This document shows, in pieces, positions 19,480-28,466 of a stretch of DNA of 49,646 bases; positions within the stretch are counted from its first letter, which is position 1; each line of letters opens with the position of its first letter. The stretch is from a virus (Duplodnaviria > Heunggongvirae > Uroviricota > Caudoviricetes), in the IMG/VR virus record IMGVR_UViG_2740892231_000005; one strand, 5' to 3'. The notes below the pieces were generated by a model. It was given only the letters and a program-made list of their open reading frames with translations. It was not told the origin of the DNA and made no database searches. The position numbers and the translations under genes were made by a program.

Positions 19480-19715
19480 AAATCTCTTATCACCACTCGT
19501 TTAATTCGTGGGCCTCGGCGTATACCTGCTGATAATCTTTCTACTTCATTACGCCAGTAATCCATCTCTTTTCTGACTTCTGATAAATCCGCACGAGTTA
19601 ACTGCCGCGTACCAAATTTATATGACTGACCGCCAATAGCAATAGCGCGATATGCTTCCCGCCAGACAGATAACATCTCTCTGGCTTCAGTCAGAGAAAA
19701 TGCTTCATTGTTCAT
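19476..19715 (-). CDS. Head-tail joining protein, lambda gpW-like
   Basis: 79 aa; pattern resembles lambda W; located between terminase and portal as in lambda. Confidence 0.65.
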   Translation of the reverse strand: MNNEAFSLTEAREMLSVWREAYRAIAIGGQSYKFGTRQLTRADLSEVRKEMDYWRNEVERLSAGIRRGPRIKRVVIRDL

Positions 19716-19726
19716 TTATATTTCCT

Positions 19727-21583
19727 CTATATGGTTACGCCTTTACTTATAACTCTACGGCGTCTTCTACGTATACCTGACGAGTTCTGCACATACACAT
19801 TACCTCGCATTTCCTGTTCGGCAAGCCAGTTAAAATTAGGGTTCAGAATTTCCATCGCGGCAGTTGCATAGTTACGGCAATCAAGAGGCTCGTTACGCTC
19901 GTAGACTTTCACCCACTTTTCTTTTGTCTGCCCATTTTTATATTCAAATATTTTCTTCTCTGATAATAATCCTTTAAAGTATTCGGTATCATATCCTCTG
20001 TCAGAATCTAATGGGAAATGCATATAACCAGGACCAGGATCATGTAGTTTAATTCTTGCCATGATGGTCCCTTTACCATCATCAACCCCCAAATTAAACA
20101 ACATAGCACCCACACGGTTATTATTACTTGGCTTTCCTATAAATGGTAAACCTACCCCACCACGCCCCCTGATAGAGTATATTCGCCTTGATTCTCTCGG
20201 CTTAGTAAAGCGATATACCTCTGTCGTAAAATGCCCACCAGAGTCAATACAAACGGAAGAAATCTGTAATTTTCGACCGTCACGGAATGACCAGCTACGG
20301 AGTAAGTATTCATCAAGTTGTTTCCAGACAACATCTTGTGCGGGATCACCTGGGAATATTTTATATTCTATCCCCCATGACTCCTTACCTTTTCCCCAAC
20401 CGACCAATTCACAAACTAAATACGTGTCCTGTACGTCAACACCAGCACTTAACAATAAAACATCATCTGGTAAAAACTCTTCAAACCTTATTCTGCGTTG
20501 CAACAAGTATTCAGGATCGATATCGTCTTTAGCATCCTCTTTCCATGGCTCACCCAGCTTAAGGTTAATAAACTCCATTAATCCATTTTTATCGCGGTTT
20601 CTGGTTGCTTCCGTAAATTCTTCAACCAGCTCTGACAATGCAACCCACGGGGAGTAAAGACTGTTAATATGAAAACCAACAATACCTTTAACTCCAGTAT
20701 GTTCAGCTATCCATACCCCCTTCGCCAACCAATCAACGTCTGGTTTACCAGATCCGCGCATAATCCCGCCGCACTCACAGCACTCATATCTGGCCGTTTC
20801 CGGTAACGCCTCACCTGAATCGCTCTTATCCCATCTGACTTGCGACCATTTCATCACCTGCATGGTGCCACAACATGGGCAAGGAACATGGTAGTAACGC
20901 TGATCGGAGAGCTTAAACCACTTGTGGATTTTGCTCGTTTCCTCCAAAACAGGAGTAGAAACAAAAACTTTCTTACGATTATGAAAGTTGGTAGTACGCT
21001 GAATACCTAGTTTTAGTGGGTCGCCCTCCTGCGTCACACCGTAACGATCAATCTCATCAGCTAACAGTATTCGAATTGGCCTGGATGCAAGACCTGCTGG
21101 GGAATTAGCACCAACAAGTGCTATATATCCACCAGCGTAATGCTTCATACGTATAGTCGTGCTGGACTTTTTGGCTGCACCGCGCCCCTCTTTCCCTTCA
21201 TGCAGCTTGTGTTTCAAACCAGGGGAATATTTGAACGTCGGATCAATACGCTCTTTTGAAAAAGCCTCAGCCGCCTCTACCGTTGGATAAATCATCAACT
21301 GAGGAGATGGCTCCTGATCTGCAAAGTAACCCATAACATTTAGCTGTAATTCGGATTTACCAATTTGCGAGCTACATTGCATCACTACTGTTTCTGTATC
21401 AGCGTCACCAATAACATCCATTGGTTCACGCAAATATGGCACTCGGCTTGTACGCCACGGCCCTGGCTCTGGAGACGTTCCCGGCGCTACATGACGATAC
21501 TTATCAGCCCATTCGGAAACAGTTAGCCGTGATTTAGGGCGAAGCGCACGGAAAAAAGCGGTGCTCCATACTGTTTCGCCCAT
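19727..21583 (-). CDS. terL: Terminase large subunit, lambda GpA family
   Basis: 618 aa; Cys cluster (CPCCG...CCECG) and overall GpA-like organisation. Confidence 0.9.
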   Translation of the reverse strand: MGETVWSTAFFRALRPKSRLTVSEWADKYRHVAPGTSPEPGPWRTSRVPYLREPMDVIGDADTETVVMQCSSQIGKSELQLNVMGYFADQEPSPQLMIYPTVEAAEAFSKERIDPTFKYSPGLKHKLHEGKEGRGAAKKSSTTIRMKHYAGGYIALVGANSPAGLASRPIRILLADEIDRYGVTQEGDPLKLGIQRTTNFHNRKKVFVSTPVLEETSKIHKWFKLSDQRYYHVPCPCCGTMQVMKWSQVRWDKSDSGEALPETARYECCECGGIMRGSGKPDVDWLAKGVWIAEHTGVKGIVGFHINSLYSPWVALSELVEEFTEATRNRDKNGLMEFINLKLGEPWKEDAKDDIDPEYLLQRRIRFEEFLPDDVLLLSAGVDVQDTYLVCELVGWGKGKESWGIEYKIFPGDPAQDVVWKQLDEYLLRSWSFRDGRKLQISSVCIDSGGHFTTEVYRFTKPRESRRIYSIRGRGGVGLPFIGKPSNNNRVGAMLFNLGVDDGKGTIMARIKLHDPGPGYMHFPLDSDRGYDTEYFKGLLSEKKIFEYKNGQTKEKWVKVYERNEPLDCRNYATAAMEILNPNFNWLAEQEMRGNVYVQNSSGIRRRRRRVISKGVTI

Positions 21584-21588
21584 GAGGT

Positions 21589-22149
21589 TTATTCTTCCTG
21601 CTTAATAAATCGGGATTCCTGGAGCGCCTGAAGCGCAAAATTAATCTCGTCTTCAATAATGCGTTCGATCTCCCTGGCTGTTTTGCCTTCACAACGGGGA
21701 GCTGCTCTTGGAGCAATACTAAATAAGCGGCTACGCAATTCATTAGCTGCCAGAAATGCATCATCCCTGACCGCATCTTTAGCGATGAGAGAGCCTTCCT
21801 TTTCTTCAAATTCAAGGCGTTTCAGCTTTGCCTGATAAATTTTTTCTGCGGTCTTAGCCTTGTTGAATTGCACCGCAACACCGGAAGTACCACCAGCTAA
21901 TCCGGCATCATCAGCGGGTAACTCTGGTTGTTCCGAAGATATCCCATGCCCTCTTTTTCCATTTTCAGCAGATACCTCACGACCAACCTGTCGGCTCGCT
22001 TCATAAGCCGCACTGGCTTTATCAAAATCCAGCTTGCCGCTTTTCAGCACTGGAATGCGACCGGAACGACAGAGCTTCGTAACCATTGCCGGAGAAATAC
22101 CTTTCCGGCGAGCAAACTCTGACTTACTGACGATGGCCATTACTTGCAA
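21589..22149 (-). CDS. Terminase small subunit (Nu1-like, HTH)
   Basis: 186 aa; N-terminal HTH (SKSEFARRKGISPAMVTKLCRSGRIP); immediately upstream of terL. Confidence 0.65.
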   Translation of the reverse strand: MQVMAIVSKSEFARRKGISPAMVTKLCRSGRIPVLKSGKLDFDKASAAYEASRQVGREVSAENGKRGHGISSEQPELPADDAGLAGGTSGVAVQFNKAKTAEKIYQAKLKRLEFEEKEGSLIAKDAVRDDAFLAANELRSRLFSIAPRAAPRCEGKTAREIERIIEDEINFALQALQESRFIKQEE

Positions 22150-22730
22150 CCATTAGCAAGATACTGAACAAATCCCTCATGCGTTTCATGCGCGTCGTGG
22201 TACTGACGATAAACATCCAGCAACAATGCAATTTCCATATCCGTCGCGGGAATACGTTCTTTATCAATAGCCAGGTACTTAATTTGAACAACAGGGGAAG
22301 AATTATCGTCTTCTTCCTGCGGCTGTTCATCGCTTAACATTTCGTCAAGCTCTGCATCATTAAACCCAAGCAGATCAATATCAAAATCATCATCCATTAA
22401 CTCTTTGACTTCTTCGGCCAGAAGCTGCATATCCCAGCCAGCATTTAAGGCCAGCTTGTTATCTGCAATCCTGTAAGCCTTCTTCTGTTTTTCAGAAAGG
22501 TTACTCAACCGAATCGCCGGAACTTTATCCATTTCCAGAATTTCGGCTGCTGCAAGCCGACCATGCCCCGCAATCAGTTCATTCTTTTCATCGATCAGCA
22601 CAGGATTAGTGAAACCGAACTCACGGATACTGTTCACCAACTGTTCAACCTGCTCATCTGAATGAGTCCGTGAATTTTTGGCGTATCTGAGCAGCTTACC
22701 GACTGGTAAATATTCGATTTTTAGAGCCAT
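22140..22730 (-). CDS. ParB-like nuclease-domain protein (ParB/Srx fold)
   Basis: 196 aa; ParB N-domain motifs (LIAGHGRLAAA, KKAYRIADNKLALNAGW); paralogue of 25397..26020. Confidence 0.75.
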   Translation of the reverse strand: MALKIEYLPVGKLLRYAKNSRTHSDEQVEQLVNSIREFGFTNPVLIDEKNELIAGHGRLAAAEILEMDKVPAIRLSNLSEKQKKAYRIADNKLALNAGWDMQLLAEEVKELMDDDFDIDLLGFNDAELDEMLSDEQPQEEDDNSSPVVQIKYLAIDKERIPATDMEIALLLDVYRQYHDAHETHEGFVQYLANGCK

Positions 22731-23287
22731 TTTTTAACCGCCATAACACAACAGGTTAAAGAAAACTGTTTAACTTATTGATACTAAAAGAGAAAAATGA
22801 CGATCTTTTTACTCATAAAAAATCACACAAACCAGCATAATCATCTGATTTTATTAAGTTTTTATAAGTAAAAAGGATCTTGAGATGGTGTTTTGGTTAA
22901 AAGATTGGATGTATTTGCATGATTTATAACGATTTTTATCAGAACAACATCACATTGGTTAAAGATCTGCGCGTATCTTGATGATCTAAAAGAAAATTTT
23001 CTACTTTCTTTTTACCAGCACAAATACAGCAAAAAATCACGTTTTCCCGATATTTTTCAATGAGATGAGTAAATTTCTTTTACCGCAACTTTTAACCTAA
23101 CTTTTTTCACGTTTAGCTAGCCGAACATCGGGGTTCGAATGACCCGCATCCAACGCTTTTGGCCAGAAGGACCCAATTCTGCCGGACGATGAAACGATGC
23201 TCGTGCTCCCCCACAGACAGCCAGCGAGCGACGCTACAGAACACAGTGAATACACTCTGCATAACAACACCATCAACCACACGATGA

Positions 23288-24007
23288 TTAACGAGAGAAG
23301 GTCTTAGAAAGAATGTCATCAATAGCCTTTGTGACTTCATCAGCAAACGCATCCTCACCAGCACGCAGCGCCACGCCATGCCAATCAAGACGCTGCGAAT
23401 AGTTAGGTTGCTGGATAAACGTAAGGATCAACGTAGGACGCCGCCCAACGCGCTGCCAGACGCCTGGTTGAAGCGGGTTACTTGTACCAGGTCGAACAAC
23501 AAAAAACTCCGTAGGCTTGCCCTGACGGCGATTTTGATGCGCATCTCGCTGAACTCTTAGGCCAGATAAGACCTGCTGTAATTGCCCCCGCGAAATATTC
23601 CCGTATTTATCCAGCTTTGCGCCGGGACCAGGAGCAAGCTGCCAGCCGTTAGGCAAATATCCACCAGCCCTTAGCGCCCCTTCTGAGCGTTTGTACTGTC
23701 GTTGGCCACCTTCGATTTGCGGAGTCAACGTTACAGGGGCTGGCGTTCCTCCCCATTCACGAGCATACACAATGGCTGTAGGATCACTCTTCTTTGCGGC
23801 CAAAACGTAAGTAGAGTTCTGAATCCACGGCGTGGGCCTGTCAAATACCCGATTAATTTCATTCTTAATCGCAGCCTGAGAAGCCTTTGCCGTTCTGGTT
23901 GCCGCAAGCGCCATTGCGAACGGCAATTCGCGTTCTTCAAGGCGCTGGAGTTGTCGTTGAATATCCTGAGAAGAAAAATCCATCTTTATCTCAATTCTGT
24001 CAGCCAC
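23288..24007 (-). CDS. Hypothetical protein
   Basis: 239-aa ORF embedded in the ParB-like cluster; no recognisable domain. Confidence 0.45.
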   Translation of the reverse strand: MADRIEIKMDFSSQDIQRQLQRLEERELPFAMALAATRTAKASQAAIKNEINRVFDRPTPWIQNSTYVLAAKKSDPTAIVYAREWGGTPAPVTLTPQIEGGQRQYKRSEGALRAGGYLPNGWQLAPGPGAKLDKYGNISRGQLQQVLSGLRVQRDAHQNRRQGKPTEFFVVRPGTSNPLQPGVWQRVGRRPTLILTFIQQPNYSQRLDWHGVALRAGEDAFADEVTKAIDDILSKTFSR

Positions 24008-24023
24008 CAGCGCCTCCTACACA

Positions 24024-25403
24024 CTACTTAATCAACGGCCGGAAAGCCGCCAGCACATCATCAGATCGTCCGATTGTTGAACCACCAGGCAACGGCAACT
24101 CAAACTCAAAACGAACAGCTTTCTCCAGACTCGCCCAACTAAGGGAATCATCGTTAATGACGTGCAAATACCAGCTCTTACAGTTGAATATTGACCGCTT
24201 AATCCTGAAACCATGTACACGACACAACTGCTTCACTTCATCATCAGAATGAAACTTCTGGTAAAACCAGTGCCCCTTCCGGTACAACGCGGTAAAACCG
24301 TTATGATCAATAAAATAAAGCCGGCTTTTGGAACTCGCCGCTTGTGTTTGCTTCAGGACTGTTTCCAGCTCTCCACGGCTACGGCCAGAAAAGAATATTG
24401 ACCCACCAGCTTTACACAGGCCTTTCAGAACCGTCAGAACGGACCATTCAGCCTCGACACTATCGACCGAGTTCAAAACGCTATCGCAAATCACGTAGTC
24501 GTAACGCCCTCGCGTTTTTAAGTCGTCCACCAGCGTATCAATCATTCGGTTTGTTGCAGCCCTATCCAGAGTGTTTCCAGCGCCCTTACGGCGGAAAAGC
24601 TCGAGATCATGCAGGTTATATCCCTTTGCCCTGAGCATTCGCGCGTAGTCTCCCTGCCCCGAACCAAAATCAATTCCTCTTGGCGTCTTGGCAATAATCG
24701 GGAGGATCAACGACTCATACAGATTTGATTTCAGGCTGCCACCATTACGCAACCGCATAAGCTGCGCATACGTCTGGATGTATGTTGTTTTCTCCAGATG
24801 AGAATACTCAAATACACCATAAGTTTTATTCAGATAACTTTGGTATTTTTCCTTCTCAACATCAGGGATCACAAACACCGTTAGCGGTGTGCGCGTCATT
24901 TTCGCTGCTAATGCATACTGAGCACAGTGAATAACCTCACCAGACTGAGTAGCAACACAACCACCCCACGGACCATACTTGATAACCAGTTCCGCTATGT
25001 TCTTTCGAACATATGCCATTTTCGCGCGCATATTGCCTGAGATCTGGCTTGCCGATACCTGAACAAAACCATGCTTATCTTCCAGACCGGACACCCTGCA
25101 ACGCTCATCTCCGCTATCAAAATCCGTTCCGTTATGCAGTTGGTTAAACCGTACTTCGTCGTATACCGTCGTTTCACAGGGCAACACATACACCGCAGCA
25201 CGCGTTATTCCCAATTTACGTAGCGCCTTCGTCCTTTGGTGTCCCGCCACCAGCAAATCGCCGCGCACTATCAATGGCTTCACAAGCCCCAGCTCCCTGA
25301 CGCTTTCCGCCAGCCTCGCAAGATCATCCTCACCGATAAAACGCGGGTTATATTCCGCGCCGCGTAGGTGCGTTATGTCGTAATTGAGGTGAAGCATCAG
25401 CAC
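24024..25403 (-). CDS. ParB-like N-terminal domain fused to a class I SAM-dependent methyltransferase domain
   Basis: 459 aa; N-terminus LVAGHQRTKALRKLG (ParB-like); C-terminal half with GIDFGSGQGDYARML (motif I) and DYVICDSVLNSV; no DPPY/NPPY motif seen. Confidence 0.7.
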   Translation of the reverse strand: MLMLHLNYDITHLRGAEYNPRFIGEDDLARLAESVRELGLVKPLIVRGDLLVAGHQRTKALRKLGITRAAVYVLPCETTVYDEVRFNQLHNGTDFDSGDERCRVSGLEDKHGFVQVSASQISGNMRAKMAYVRKNIAELVIKYGPWGGCVATQSGEVIHCAQYALAAKMTRTPLTVFVIPDVEKEKYQSYLNKTYGVFEYSHLEKTTYIQTYAQLMRLRNGGSLKSNLYESLILPIIAKTPRGIDFGSGQGDYARMLRAKGYNLHDLELFRRKGAGNTLDRAATNRMIDTLVDDLKTRGRYDYVICDSVLNSVDSVEAEWSVLTVLKGLCKAGGSIFFSGRSRGELETVLKQTQAASSKSRLYFIDHNGFTALYRKGHWFYQKFHSDDEVKQLCRVHGFRIKRSIFNCKSWYLHVINDDSLSWASLEKAVRFEFELPLPGGSTIGRSDDVLAAFRPLIK

Positions 25404-26020
25404 ACCTCCCCAGCCAGCAATGCGGATACAAATCCGATATAGCTGCCATTATCATCAACATAACGAGACACCGCGCAGTCAAAACGATCCGCTTCCTCAT
25501 CCGTTGCCGGGATTTTATGACCTCCAAATGACAGGTACTGAACTTTTACGCCTGATTTGGCCTCATCCTTCTCAAATGGGATATCCATACCTTCTGTGTC
25601 ATCGTAGACCGCCACACTCAATAAGTTATCCAGTTCGCGCTGAGTAAAACCAATTGAGTCCAGAGCAAAATCATCGGCCGCAAGATCTGCAAGCTCCGCG
25701 CTTAACAACTCTTCATCCCAACCAGCATTCAGCGGAATACGGTTGTCGGCCAGACGATATGCCTTCTTCTGATTCTCCGTTAGCCCAGCCAGAACAATGC
25801 AGGGAACATCATCCATCCCCAACTGAGTGGCCGCAGCAATTCGACCATGACCAGCAATTACAACGTTGTTCTCGTCTATCAGGATCGGATTAGTCCATCC
25901 GTACTCCTGTATGCTGGCAACAATCTGATCTACCTGCTCCACGGAGTGTGTGCGAGCGTTCTTTTCATAACCAATCAACACAGAAAGTGGTAAAGAAACC
26001 ACATTAAGTTGTTTTGTCAT
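25397..26020 (-). CDS. ParB-like nuclease-domain protein, paralogue 2
   Basis: 207 aa; VIAGHGRIAAA, KKAYRLADNRIPLNAGW; about 50 percent identical by eye to the 22140..22730 product. Confidence 0.75.
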   Translation of the reverse strand: MTKQLNVVSLPLSVLIGYEKNARTHSVEQVDQIVASIQEYGWTNPILIDENNVVIAGHGRIAAATQLGMDDVPCIVLAGLTENQKKAYRLADNRIPLNAGWDEELLSAELADLAADDFALDSIGFTQRELDNLLSVAVYDDTEGMDIPFEKDEAKSGVKVQYLSFGGHKIPATDEEADRFDCAVSRYVDDNGSYIGFVSALLAGEVC

Positions 26021-26254
26021 GCCGTTTATCCGCTAAAATCCCCTCGCTTGTGCAAGCAAGTGGGCCTCGGTTTGTATCCACGGCACCCTGTGGGTATGAA
26101 TGACTGTCGTCAGGTCGCAACTGACGGCGGTCGCCCACCTTCCAGTAATAAAAAAGCCACCAGCATTAACTCCACAATGAGCTGGAGTTAATGAGGCAGC
26201 TTTGGTTTGCGCATTATCGCAGCCCCTGATAAGCACAAGAGCTGCTGTAATGCG

Positions 26255-26968
26255 TTACTCTGGTATCAAACAGATGTGGCCGTTATTTACCTCAATGCGA
26301 GAGTATCTCGGCTTACCATCCACGATTCCGGTAATGACAAGTTCGCCATCAGGCGACCATTCTTCTTTGTCGTCTTCAAGTACCGCGCCTTCTGGCAGAT
26401 CAATACAGGCAAAAACAGGACAGCCAGGATGACGTTTATCCTCCATCGCAATCAGCATCGACTCACCGAACCACTCTGTAGTAGCACGGCCATCAGCCGC
26501 CTGATAGTGAATCAGATACTGGTTTTCGCCATTTGCATACTGAGCACGGGCTTGAACTTCTCCCCATTCGTCACTGATACGCATTGTTACCAGTTGGGAT
26601 AATTCAAACTTAAACGGAACAGACTCTGCACCAATAGATATCGGTGAGTTTTCTCGCTGCTCTGGACCTTCACGCTTCACAATTTGAACATCTTTGACGA
26701 GCCAATCACCTGTGTTATCTACTTTTCGATACTCATCGGTATCAGGTAACTCAATAACACTCATCCCATCCGGGCAAAGCAACGATACATCTTTCGAAAC
26801 ACTGCGGATAATGCCGTTATTGTCATACATCATCTTTAAAGTGTGAGGCTGAAATTTCTTCTGCTCCTCATACCAATTTCTTCCGTCTTCAGTAAAAAGC
26901 GGTAGCACATCTGGATGTTTGCCGCGGGGATCAATAAGCGGCGCACTGATATTTTTTAAATGCATCAT
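26255..26968 (-). CDS. Orphan protein with tail-fibre-assembly (Tfa) N-terminal domain and an unrelated 130-aa C-terminal domain
   Basis: 237 aa; first ~105 aa align with both Tfa paralogues (MMHLKNI...GRNWYEEQKKFQPHTLKMMYD...SVIELPD). Confidence 0.6.
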   Translation of the reverse strand: MMHLKNISAPLIDPRGKHPDVLPLFTEDGRNWYEEQKKFQPHTLKMMYDNNGIIRSVSKDVSLLCPDGMSVIELPDTDEYRKVDNTGDWLVKDVQIVKREGPEQRENSPISIGAESVPFKFELSQLVTMRISDEWGEVQARAQYANGENQYLIHYQAADGRATTEWFGESMLIAMEDKRHPGCPVFACIDLPEGAVLEDDKEEWSPDGELVITGIVDGKPRYSRIEVNNGHICLIPE

Positions 26969-26984
26969 ATAAATAACCCTACAT

Positions 26985-27149
26985 CTATCTCATTGACTTG
27001 AATGAAACGCACCCTGACCGCAATTGCTCCCGCTTACGCCGAAAAGCTCTCTGCGCCACTAAGATGCGCCACAGGACACCAGCAATAACCACCAGCGAGA
27101 TACAAAAACACACGGCCACAACCATCAGAAAAATGCCAACACCATTCAT
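26985..27149 (-). CDS. Small hydrophobic peptide (54 aa), not in the ORF track
   Basis: Hand translation gives MNGVGIFLMVVAVCFCISLVVIAGVLWRILVAQRAFRRKREQLR...; ATGA start/stop overlap with the upstream ORF. Confidence 0.3.
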   Translation of the reverse strand: MNGVGIFLMVVAVCFCISLVVIAGVLWRILVAQRAFRRKREQLRSGCVSFKSMR

Positions 27150-27352
27150 GAAACTATCCATTCTTCAATGAATATCTCCAGTAATGTCAAGAGATACGCC
27201 GTCCCCAGCGCGGTTCCTACCGATATAGCTAAAACAAACCTCAAAGATAACGAGGTGTCTTTCGCTTTTCTCCAGACGTAAGCGCCAGCCAGAAATACCA
27301 ACAAATCTCTTATTGGAAGCGGAAACCAGAACAAATCACTCGGCAAGTCCAC
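27146..27352 (-). CDS. Small membrane protein
   Basis: 68 aa with two hydrophobic segments. Confidence 0.45.
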   Translation of the reverse strand: MDLPSDLFWFPLPIRDLLVFLAGAYVWRKAKDTSLSLRFVLAISVGTALGTAYLLTLLEIFIEEWIVS

Positions 27353-27354
27353 GG

Positions 27355-27810
27355 TTATATCCTTCCATTCATTTTTATCGGATGACCAGATAGCCTTACG
27401 CAGTTGAGCTGTAAAGCTCCGGTATCAACTAAATAATCAACTAACATGATTAGAGATTCATATTCAGCCAGATAGCTAACCTGACGCATTCGACCGCCGT
27501 TGTTCTCCAGAATGTCGGCCACCTTTGCAGCCAACTCGCTTAGACAGGAGAACTTATTCCCATATATCGTTTTATACTCGCGCTTCTGGCATTCTTCGGC
27601 TTGCGGCTGGTTATCGAGAGCTATCAGCGACCGATAACTATCAAGGAAGTCCACAATCTCATTCAGGCACTCTTTGGCTGCCTCATCGTGACTTTTTCCG
27701 TATGCTTCATGGAGGACTTTCATCCTCATCATTGCTCCGTCACACATAATCGAAAGCGCGTAAAGCACATCACTAATCGCCATTTCTTTTTTGGTGCTTG
27801 TCGAAGGCAT
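27355..27810 (-). CDS. Hypothetical protein
   Basis: 151-aa ORF; tightly packed operon context. Confidence 0.45.
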   Translation of the reverse strand: MPSTSTKKEMAISDVLYALSIMCDGAMMRMKVLHEAYGKSHDEAAKECLNEIVDFLDSYRSLIALDNQPQAEECQKREYKTIYGNKFSCLSELAAKVADILENNGGRMRQVSYLAEYESLIMLVDYLVDTGALQLNCVRLSGHPIKMNGRI

Positions 27811-27884
27811 CCCATGTTCTCCTTTGTCTGGATGTAAAAAAGCCCCGGCAATTGCCGAGGCTCGTTGTTCGTTATCGTTACGGT

Positions 27885-28085
27885 TTAATGCTCGCGTCGT
27901 CCGGCGACAACTTCGGATTTGTATTTCAGGTCGCCCAGCAAGAATTGCAGTTTAAGCATCTTTGCCGCCGTGTAGTTCCCTGATTCCACAACCTCTTTCA
28001 TGAGGTCATAAACGGCCGCTACATCATCAGCCAGGAACTCTTTGCGTTGCTGCTCAGTCGCACGTTTGAAGGAAATACGCATCAC
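27885..28085 (-). CDS. Hypothetical protein
   Basis: 66-aa ORF overlapping the stop of the upstream ORF. Confidence 0.4.
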   Translation of the reverse strand: MMRISFKRATEQQRKEFLADDVAAVYDLMKEVVESGNYTAAKMLKLQFLLGDLKYKSEVVAGRREH

Positions 28086-28351
28086 TCATCATCTCCTGCC
28101 GCACATACAACCTCACAAAAAACATCAGCGGAATGTTTCTTTTTGAATGAATGGCGCTCAAAACCGCACTCAATATCAGGCGCAAAAACATCCACCACAT
28201 ACGGTCTTTCAGAATGTTTGTTTTCCCAACGATAAACCGTAGTGACGTTGAAATGTTTTAACGCTTCACGGAACTCAACGCTGCCAGTCAGGTTTTTTGA
28301 GGTCAGGTATTGCAGGAGGTTTTTTACTACTTCACGGTCTTGTACTTTCAT
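28082..28351 (-). CDS. Hypothetical protein, first gene downstream of promoter cassette copy 1
   Basis: 89-aa ORF; start preceded by the conserved leader. Confidence 0.5.
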   Translation of the reverse strand: MKVQDREVVKNLLQYLTSKNLTGSVEFREALKHFNVTTVYRWENKHSERPYVVDVFAPDIECGFERHSFKKKHSADVFCEVVCAAGDDE

Positions 28352-28466
28352 CGGGTTATCTCCGGTTTAACCAGGGCGGGTATCGCTCGGTTTCGGTTAT
28401 AACCTTAGGAAATTTTTTCCCACCCGTAAAGCACTTTTTATATAAATCTATAATTATATAATTCTA
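28352..28466 (-). promoter_or_regulatory. Repeated promoter/operator/leader cassette, copy 1
   Basis: About 110 bp near-identical to 35372..35490 and 45515..45630; ends in the TATAATTATA palindrome (28449..28458). Confidence 0.6.

Noticed and set aside
20061-20657. 198-aa plus-strand ORF inside the terminase large subunit gene
   Set aside because: Antisense to a strongly supported terminase ORF; Ser/Pro-rich low-complexity translation.
21534-21815. 93-aa minus-strand ORF overlapping the terminase small and large subunit genes
   Set aside because: Alternative frame within and across two supported genes; no independent support.
23097-23282. Possible tRNA fragment (ggggttcgaatgaccc resembles a T-loop) and a 61-aa ORF
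   Set aside because: No complementary T-stem or acceptor stem could be folded by hand; the ORF has no RBS and an unconvincing translation. Left as part of the intergenic region.
27811-27884. Hairpin (gcctcggcaattgccggggc followed by T6 on the plus strand) as a plus-strand terminator
   Set aside because: All surrounding genes are on the minus strand, so a plus-strand terminator has no obvious transcript to terminate; it may act on the minus strand or be a regulatory structure. Not called.
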